In this document: piece by piece, positions 15,974 through 22,471 of the stretch
Layout: the number at the start of each line of letters is the position of its first letter
Numbering within the stretch: the first letter of the stretch is position 1
NCBI GenBank assembly: GCA_037381445.1
Contig: JARRQT010000015.1
Coordinates: 1-22,471 of the forward strand
Length of the DNA: 22,471 nucleotides
Source of the DNA: Calditrichia bacterium
GTDB lineage: Bacteria > Calditrichota > Calditrichia > RBG-13-44-9
Direction of reading: 5' to 3'
Position numbers and translations under genes: made by a program
The notes under the pieces: model-generated
Told to the model about the DNA's origin: nothing
The model's database searches: none
What the model saw: only the letters and a program-made list of their open reading frames with translations

Positions 15974-17893
15974 TTAATTTTTATTATTAATCTCTTCTTT
16001 TACCCGATTAATCAGGTCTGTGACGGACATCTTTCCCAGATCCCCTTCGTTTTTACGGCGCACCGAAAGAAGCCCGGATTCTGCTTCATTATCACCCAGA
16101 ATAATCATATAGGGGATCTTGTTTACTTCCGCCTCGCGAATTTTGTATCCCACCTTCTCATTCCGGGTATCGATTTCAACTCGCAAGCCTTCCTGGCGCA
16201 GGTTGTCGAAAATCTCCCGGCCGTACTGATGATGCCGCTCCGCTATGGGAATTACCTGTACCTGCACCGGGGCAAGCCAGAGGGGAAAAGCGCCGGCATA
16301 GTGTTCGATCAGAACGCCGAAGAACCGTTCCACGGAACCCATTAATGCCCGGTGGACCATGATTGCGCGATGGGCATGACCGTCCTCTCCCATAAATTCC
16401 ACATTGAAGCGCTCCGGAAGATTGAAATCCACTTGTATGGTGGAACACTGCCAGGACCGTCCCAGCGAATCCTTAATCTTGATATCGATTTTCGGCCCGT
16501 AAAATACGCCTTCGCCCGGATCTACTTCATAAGACATGCCGCTCTGATCCAATGCGTATTGCAGGGCTGCCGTTGCCCTATCCCAGTTGTCCACGCTGCC
16601 CACAAATTTTTCGGGACGGGTGGACAGGTAGATCTCATATTTATCGAACCCGAAAGTCCTGAGGATATAAAGCGTGAAATTCAGGACCCGGGTGATTTCC
16701 TCATTCAATTGTTCCGGTGTACAGAAGATATGCGCGTCATCCTGGGTGAATCCCCTGACCCGCATCAGGCCGTGCAGCACGCCCGATCTTTCATAGCGGT
16801 AGACAGTTCCCAGTTCAAAAAGCCGCATTGGCAGATCGCGATAACTTCGAAGCTGAGATTTATACACCGAAATATGAAACGGACAATTCATCGGTTTTAA
16901 CTGGTATTCCACCTCGTCAATATCCATGGGGGAAAACATGTTTTCCCGGTAAAAACCGGTATGTCCGCTGGTTTCCCACAAATGCAATTTGGCAATATGC
17001 GGGGTATAAATTAGTTCATAACCATTTTTATAATGTTCATCTATGGTAAACTGTTCCATAATGTGCCGGATTCGGGCTCCCTTGGGGTGCCACAGGATCA
17101 AGCCGTTCCCGATGTTCTCCTGAATGCTGAACAGGTCCAGTTCTCTTCCCAGCTTGCGATGATCCCTTTTCTTCGCTTCTTCGAGGCGGTGCAGATGCTC
17201 TTCCAGCATCTTCTTCTTTGGATATGAGGTAGCATACAGGCGCTGCAGCATCTGGTTGTGTTCGTCGCCTCTCCAGTAAGCGCCGGCAACATTCAGAATC
17301 TTGAAATTCTTGCCGATTTTTCCGGTTGAGGGAAGGTGCGGGCCGCGGCACAAATCCGTGAAATCGTCCTGGGAGTAGACAGAAATATCTTCTTCCAGTT
17401 CATCAATCAATTCCAGTTTCAGGTCTTCATGTTTCTTCCTGAAAAGTTCATGTGCTTTGTCGTGTTCAACTTCGCGCCTCACAATGGGATCATCCTCATC
17501 CACAATTTTGGCCATTTCCGATTCGATCTTTGGGAAATCTTCCGGCGTAATGGGTCGGTCCAATTCGATGTCATAATAAAACCCGTCATCAATTGGCGGA
17601 CCGATGCCCAGTTTGGCCTCCGGCCACAGGCGCTTAACTGCATGGGCCATCAGGTGGGCGGAGCTGTGCCAGAAAACATAACGGCCTTCTTTATCATCAA
17701 AGGTCAGGATTTTTATATCGGCATCTTCGTTGATCGGCTCGGGGAGACTCCTGATCTGTCCGTTCACCAGAATTCCGGTAGCTTCCTTTCTCAGCCGCGG
17801 GGGAAGCGTCTCCAGAATATCAAGACCACTGACGCCGGCATCGAATTCCCTGACCACGCCATCGGGAAATTTAATTTTAATTTTTTTACTCAT
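15974..17893 (-). CDS. thrS: Threonine--tRNA ligase
   Basis: TGS domain, HSSAHLMA, GPPIDDGFYYD, DLCRGPH, RDHRKLG, LKPMNCP, GLMRVRGFTQDDAH, FYGPKID, HRA..GS.ERF and an anticodon-binding domain. Confidence 0.98.
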   Translation of the reverse strand: MSKKIKIKFPDGVVREFDAGVSGLDILETLPPRLRKEATGILVNGQIRSLPEPINEDADIKILTFDDKEGRYVFWHSSAHLMAHAVKRLWPEAKLGIGPPIDDGFYYDIELDRPITPEDFPKIESEMAKIVDEDDPIVRREVEHDKAHELFRKKHEDLKLELIDELEEDISVYSQDDFTDLCRGPHLPSTGKIGKNFKILNVAGAYWRGDEHNQMLQRLYATSYPKKKMLEEHLHRLEEAKKRDHRKLGRELDLFSIQENIGNGLILWHPKGARIRHIMEQFTIDEHYKNGYELIYTPHIAKLHLWETSGHTGFYRENMFSPMDIDEVEYQLKPMNCPFHISVYKSQLRSYRDLPMRLFELGTVYRYERSGVLHGLMRVRGFTQDDAHIFCTPEQLNEEITRVLNFTLYILRTFGFDKYEIYLSTRPEKFVGSVDNWDRATAALQYALDQSGMSYEVDPGEGVFYGPKIDIKIKDSLGRSWQCSTIQVDFNLPERFNVEFMGEDGHAHRAIMVHRALMGSVERFFGVLIEHYAGAFPLWLAPVQVQVIPIAERHHQYGREIFDNLRQEGLRVEIDTRNEKVGYKIREAEVNKIPYMIILGDNEAESGLLSVRRKNEGDLGKMSVTDLINRVKEEINNKN

Positions 17894-17916
17894 CGTTCAG
17901 AACCACTTTTCTTAAT

Positions 17917-17948
17917 TAAAGAAAGCCACGAATACACTATTCGTGGCT
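17917..17948 (-). terminator. Hairpin with U-tract between tRNA-Val and thrS
   Basis: AGCCACGAATA-GTG-TATTCGTGGCT (11-bp stem, 17924-17948) followed by TTCTTTA. Confidence 0.65.
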
Positions 17949-17952
17949 CTGC

Positions 17953-18029
<77 letters not shown>

Positions 18030-18052
18030 AAACCACGTTGAAATGGCCGGAA

Positions 18053-18081
18053 AATTTAATGATTACATATAGTAAATGCAA
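18053..18081 (-). promoter_or_regulatory. tRNA-Val (and probably thrS operon) promoter
   Basis: TTGCAT (18076-18081) - 17 nt - TAAATT (18053-18058), followed by a GC-rich discriminator-like TTCCGGCC. Confidence 0.65.
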
Positions 18082-18187
18082 GGAGAAATTTAAAAGCATT
18101 TTACTTGATTTTTCAGCCGTTTGGGCATCCCGGGCTGCTGATAATTAAAAAAGTTGAAGCTCTTTTTGCAATCCAATTTTTTATAAT

Positions 18188-18871
18188 TCACTGCCAGGAG
18201 CCCTGGTCCATCAGATTCCCTTCCGCGTCATACTTTTTCCAGGAACCACTGCCCGCGGCATCCCATGACGCCTCGAAAACCAGCACATCGTTTTTGTAGT
18301 GTTCCAGTTTGCCCGATCCATCCGCATTATTGTATATGTTGATAATCGAACTGTTGGATTCCAGTTCGGATTCAACAGTTCCATCCGGATCCCTGTCCCA
18401 GGAATAATTCGCAGCGACGGTGGTGTCATTCAGGGCATAGATCTCCCATGTGGCGGATTTGTCATCGGGGGAAGCGTAGCCGTTCACCGCCCGCCAATCG
18501 TCATAGGTGATAAACCCATCCGTGCCGTTCAGAAAGAGCTGCCAGTTGATTCTGCCGTCGTTTGTGCTTTTGGCCTTCACCGTAATTGTCAGATTATTGT
18601 TCTGTTTTGTCCAGATCCATTCATTGCCCGATCTCGTCGGCTCCACGGACATCAGGAACTGCATGAACGCAGACGGGCCGGTGAAAAAACCGGTCATAGT
18701 GGTCCGGAGGGTTTGGACCTCAGTCGGTGCATTGTCCGGCACGCTTACCTGCGGAACGGCATGCAGTTCGGGTGGCTTCTGCGTCTCTTTTGATGAAGTT
18801 GAATCTTTCGAACAACTGAAAATCGTTATTCCGGCAAGAACTAGAACGATTATGCCTATTTTTTTCAACAT
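18188..18871 (-). CDS. Hypothetical lipoprotein, beta-rich
   Basis: Signal peptide II MLKKIGIIVLVLAGITIFS-C, then a Ser-rich linker and Trp-rich beta-strand-like segments; SD GAGGG. Confidence 0.8.
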   Translation of the reverse strand: MLKKIGIIVLVLAGITIFSCSKDSTSSKETQKPPELHAVPQVSVPDNAPTEVQTLRTTMTGFFTGPSAFMQFLMSVEPTRSGNEWIWTKQNNNLTITVKAKSTNDGRINWQLFLNGTDGFITYDDWRAVNGYASPDDKSATWEIYALNDTTVAANYSWDRDPDGTVESELESNSSIINIYNNADGSGKLEHYKNDVLVFEASWDAAGSGSWKKYDAEGNLMDQGSWQ

Positions 18872-19023
18872 GGCAATCCCTCTGTTTTATCAAACACATT
18901 TTAACGAGCGCAATTGCTGAATTCCCGCGGAAATATATAGTCAATCTCCGGATAAGATGCTGTGATCTATGTACCCGCGGGATCAATTTCCAAAATCGTG
19001 AATCCGTCCGGAGCCTGCATTCA

Positions 19024-19800
19024 TTACTTAAATATCTCTTTGAAAAATGTCTGCATCGCGCTCCATGCCCGGGTGGCAGCCTTCTCATTGTAGGCGGAGC
19101 CTCTCGATTTGTCGTTGCCCGCGGCGGGATTTGTGAAACTGTGGACCGCATCGCCATAGATGTTGATTTCCCAGTCCGCACCGGAATCCTGCATTTCTTT
19201 CCAGAATGCCATGAGGTCCTCTTTTTTCACGTGCGTATCATCCCCGCCATGCAGAACCAGAACCGATCCTTTTATATTTTTCCCGTCTGCCGGATTGGGA
19301 GTGGCGAGTCCGCCATGAAAACTGACCACGCCGATCAAAGCCGCGCCGCTGCGGGCCAGTTCCAGCGCGCAGCTTCCACCAAAACAGAACCCGATGGCCG
19401 CCAGGCGGTCGTTGTCAGCCAGCGAATTGTTTTTCAGGACTTCCAATGCGGCCGCCGCCCGCTGGCGCATGAGCTGACGGTCACCGTAAAATCTGCCGGC
19501 AAATGAAGATGCTTCCTGCGGATTTGCGGCAACTGTACCGTCGCCGTACATGTCCACGGCAAAGGCGATGTAGCCCATATCGGCGAGCTGACGGGCCCGC
19601 TGTTTGGCATAGTCGTTCAGTCCCCACCATTCCGGGAATACCAAAACGCCGGGCCGTTTTTTCTTTTGTGAAGAATCATAAGCCAAATACCCTTTGAGCA
19701 TCTTGTCGCCCTGCTTATACTCCACCACTTCAGTGTGAATACTGTCCTGTGCCCCTGCCAGTCCCATGGCGCTAAAAAGCGTAATGAATAGAGCCATCAT
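19024..19800 (-). CDS. Dienelactone hydrolase family protein with signal peptide
   Basis: PGVLVFPEWWGLN, nucleophile elbow IGFCFGG, SFHGGL, LHGGDD and HSFTNP; N-terminal signal ending AGA-Q; strong SD. Confidence 0.92.
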   Translation of the reverse strand: MMALFITLFSAMGLAGAQDSIHTEVVEYKQGDKMLKGYLAYDSSQKKKRPGVLVFPEWWGLNDYAKQRARQLADMGYIAFAVDMYGDGTVAANPQEASSFAGRFYGDRQLMRQRAAAALEVLKNNSLADNDRLAAIGFCFGGSCALELARSGAALIGVVSFHGGLATPNPADGKNIKGSVLVLHGGDDTHVKKEDLMAFWKEMQDSGADWEINIYGDAVHSFTNPAAGNDKSRGSAYNEKAATRAWSAMQTFFKEIFK

Positions 19801-19834
19801 TTCCTTCCCCCTCCGTTAAAATTAATCGTCAGTC

Positions 19835-21292
19835 CTATTTTAAAAGAAGCATCCGTCTGTTTTCATTGGTTATGCCACCCACCTGCATCCGACAGAAATA
19901 AATACCACTTGGCTGTATGATGCCGTATTCATTTCTACCATTCCAGCTGAGGATATGTTCGCCGGCAGGCCAAAATTTATCTGTTAACATTTTTATCAGA
20001 CTTCCCTTAACATTGAAAACGGCAATCTCCACCCGCGTGCCTGTCCGCAGAAAAAAAGGAATATTGGTTACCGGATTAAAGGGATTGGGATAATTTTGTT
20101 TAAGGGAATAAGCCGCTGGCTTATTTTGCAGTTTCCCTTTCAAGCCGTTGGCCGCGAGTTTGAATCTGTAAATTTTTCCGTCGAAAGCGCACATGTAAAG
20201 TTCATTGAATCTGTCGGTCCCGAAGGACGAAATGTTCAGGGAGGTCTTTAGTAATTCAGTATTCACCGTATCATTGCTCGAATATGAAAGCGACCAGATT
20301 CGCCCGCTTCCATAATCCGCATAAATATATTTACCGTATAATTCAGGCAGTTGGGTGCCCCGGTAAACGAAGCCGCCCGTAACGGCAATCCCGCCGCTGC
20401 TGTTGTGGCCGTATTCCCAGACCGGCAGCGTCAATCCTGCTGTGTCGCAGGCGGCGCTATTGTAGCAGTGAAATCCTTCCATGATATTCCAACCGTAGTT
20501 CCGGCCTTTTTCGATAATATCAATTTCCTCATATAGATTTTGTCCCACATCTCCGGCCCACAGCTTTTTTGTGACGGGATCGAAACTGAATCGCCAGGGA
20601 TTACGCAGCCCGTAGGCAAAAATTTCCTCGCGGTATCCGTTAGTATTGGCTGCAAAGGGATTGTCGGGGGGGATTGCATAATTTCTGCCGCCTGAGGTTG
20701 TATTCACATCGATGCGAAGAATTGAGCCCAGCAACGTGGCGCGATTCTGCCCATTCCCATCCGGATCCCCGCCCGAACCGCCGTCTCCCAACGCGATATA
20801 GAGATAGCCATCAGATCCAAAAGCGATCTGCCCGCCGTTATGATTGCTGAACGGCTGGGAGACCTCCAATATGACAGTTTCACTGTTTGGGTCTGCGGAG
20901 TCGGGATTGGCGGAGCTTACTACAAAGCGCGAAATGACCGTGCGCCTGGGATTGGCGGCAGTATAATCGACATAGAAATACTGGCTGTTCTGAAAATGGG
21001 GGTGAAAGGCAAGTCCCAGCAGACCTTCTTCACTGCCGCCGGAGTTGACCCGCTCCCTGATATCCAGAAATGTTCCTTTGGTTTTCGCATCATCCGAGTT
21101 TTGAAAAACGCTGATAATTCCTGCTTTTTCAACCACAAACAGCCGGTTGGTATTGTCTCCGGGATCCTGCAGATCCACCGGCTGGGAGAAGTCCAGAGCG
21201 GGAAAAGCATTTTCAACCTCGGATTGGGCGCAGGAATTCACGATAAGAACAGTGCCTACCATTAAAAAAATCGTAAAAAAATATTTATTCAT
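19835..21292 (-). CDS. Glucose/sorbosone (PQQ-type aldose sugar) dehydrogenase-like beta-propeller with a T9SS type A-like/FlgD-Ig C-terminal sorting domain
   Basis: RLFVVEKAG, EEGLLGLAFHP, NHNGGQIAFG.DGYLYIALGDGG, GSILRID, YGLRNPWRFSFD, GDVGQ..YEEID and GRNYGW; C-terminal QNYPNPFNP...WNG...SGIYF...MLLLK. True start is ATG 21292 after SD GGAGG (485 aa). Confidence 0.88.
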   Translation of the reverse strand: MNKYFFTIFLMVGTVLIVNSCAQSEVENAFPALDFSQPVDLQDPGDNTNRLFVVEKAGIISVFQNSDDAKTKGTFLDIRERVNSGGSEEGLLGLAFHPHFQNSQYFYVDYTAANPRRTVISRFVVSSANPDSADPNSETVILEVSQPFSNHNGGQIAFGSDGYLYIALGDGGSGGDPDGNGQNRATLLGSILRIDVNTTSGGRNYAIPPDNPFAANTNGYREEIFAYGLRNPWRFSFDPVTKKLWAGDVGQNLYEEIDIIEKGRNYGWNIMEGFHCYNSAACDTAGLTLPVWEYGHNSSGGIAVTGGFVYRGTQLPELYGKYIYADYGSGRIWSLSYSSNDTVNTELLKTSLNISSFGTDRFNELYMCAFDGKIYRFKLAANGLKGKLQNKPAAYSLKQNYPNPFNPVTNIPFFLRTGTRVEIAVFNVKGSLIKMLTDKFWPAGEHILSWNGRNEYGIIQPSGIYFCRMQVGGITNENRRMLLLK

Positions 21293-21478
21293 GCGTCCTC
21301 CGTCATAATTGAGAGTTGTTCTTGGTAATTTAAGCCTTCCCGGATAAAAATGTTCCTTTTCAGCAGGCGACTGAATCCTCCAAAAATGTATTGGCATTTC
21401 TGGTGATGATCCCTTATATTTTGCCCTTTGATGAGAAAATCTAAATTCAATCATGCTTAAATTAATTGGAGGTTACCG

Positions 21479-22099
21479 ATGAAGACCCGCATTCTGATGA
21501 TGTTTACCCTTGGACTAATTGCATTGCTGGCTTTTAGTTGCAGCTCTAAAAAGCAGGAAAATGAAACAGCCGGCAATAATGAAACGGCTGGCAAGATAGA
21601 AGCACATTCGGGCAGTCTGCCATCCGGGCAGCTAATGTTTACGGCGCAGAAAGGCTGGATAGAAGAGAAGCCCAGCAGTTCCATGCGGAAAGCCCAGTAT
21701 AGTCTTCCGGGTGTGAATGGCCAGGAAAATGCCACCATGGCAGTATTTTTCTTTCCGGGAACCGGCGGATCGGTTGAACAGAATTTACAGCGGTGGTACG
21801 GCCAGTTCAAGGAGCCGGATGGCAGTCCTGTCACCGATCATGTGGAAAGGAAGCAGGTTAATGTAAATAATTTGCCGGTCACCGAGGTTTATGTCACCGG
21901 AACATTTCTGCAGTCACAGTCTACCATGATGATGGGAGGTCCGGTGGAGGAAAAAACCGGATACGCTATGTGGGCAGCAATAGCGGAGACCGCGGAGGGA
22001 CCCTGGTTTTTCAAAGCGACCGGTCCGCAGGAAACCATTGACCACTGGCGAAAGAGTTTAAACGACTTTGCAAAAACATTCCATGTTCAAAATTCATAA
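21479..22099 (+). CDS. Conserved hypothetical lipoprotein
   Basis: SD GGAGG; lipobox LLAFS-C; body has W....PSSSMRKAQY, FPGTGGSVEQNLQRWYGQF and GPWFFKATGP. Confidence 0.85.
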   Translation: MKTRILMMFTLGLIALLAFSCSSKKQENETAGNNETAGKIEAHSGSLPSGQLMFTAQKGWIEEKPSSSMRKAQYSLPGVNGQENATMAVFFFPGTGGSVEQNLQRWYGQFKEPDGSPVTDHVERKQVNVNNLPVTEVYVTGTFLQSQSTMMMGGPVEEKTGYAMWAAIAETAEGPWFFKATGPQETIDHWRKSLNDFAKTFHVQNS

Positions 22100-22154
22100 T
22101 CTGCTCTGTCAAGGGCCGGCATAAACGGCTCCGATCGAATAGATCCCGGACTAG

Positions 22155-22208
22155 AGGCTCCTGCCGGAATGAGGATGACAAAATTCTTCTCCGGAGGGGC
22201 CTTTTTTT
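22155..22208 (+). terminator. Long-stem intrinsic terminator after the lipoprotein gene
   Basis: AGGCTCCT/AGGGGCCT, CCGGA/TCCGG and GAGGA/TCTTC stacked stems followed by a run of seven T. Confidence 0.75.
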
Positions 22209-22471
22209 ATTGGGACGTGCTGCAGTCCGCAATCATAGAATTCAATATTCACCCCTCGATTATTCCGGTAATCGGAAATCAATTCTGAAAACCGGACAAC
22301 TTTCCGGGTCATGGAGATTCCCCGGGCACCTTATTGCCCTCTGGTTTTATGAAAAAAGTTTTTTCTATTACCCGCATAATTATCTTGATTTATTGGCTGC
22401 ACGTTTGGTTATCTTTTATAAATGAAATTGATATTGTCGATAAATTATTACCTTTCCGTTTTCCTATAAGT

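Noticed and set aside
21293..21454. 54-aa N-terminal extension of the dehydrogenase in the ORF track
   Set aside because: SD GGAGG and the signal peptide both point to ATG 21292, and the extension spans the divergent promoter region.
22210..22425. 71-aa plus-strand ORF near the window end
   Set aside because: TTG start immediately after a terminator, no SD, and non-protein-like composition. It is probably intergenic DNA upstream of the next gene.

Overview
Bacterial chromosomal housekeeping region of about 50% GC, almost entirely on the minus strand. It looks like an FCB-adjacent lineage such as Calditrichota; this is inferred from a T9SS-type C-terminal sorting domain combined with classical SD and sigma70-type signals. 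In minus-strand transcription order it holds a sugar (glucose/sorbosone-type) dehydrogenase with a sorting domain, a secreted dienelactone hydrolase, a lipoprotein, tRNA-Val(GAC), thrS-infC (AUU start)-rpmI-rplT, pheS-pheT, a ZapB-like coiled-coil gene, zapA, 6S RNA, rny, ymdB, folD, yraN, a four-PAS hybrid histidine kinase and a LonC-type protease. Plus-strand hypothetical genes sit at both ends. I see no mobile element, CRISPR array or defence system. The notable signals are small-scale: a 6S RNA fused to the zapA stop codon directly upstream of RNase Y, a perfect TTGACA promoter with an overlapping palindrome hidden inside pheT, a near-leaderless zapA promoter, a hairpin between tRNA-Val and thrS, an in-frame TAA in the first gene, and a possible exported oxidase-lactonase pair.
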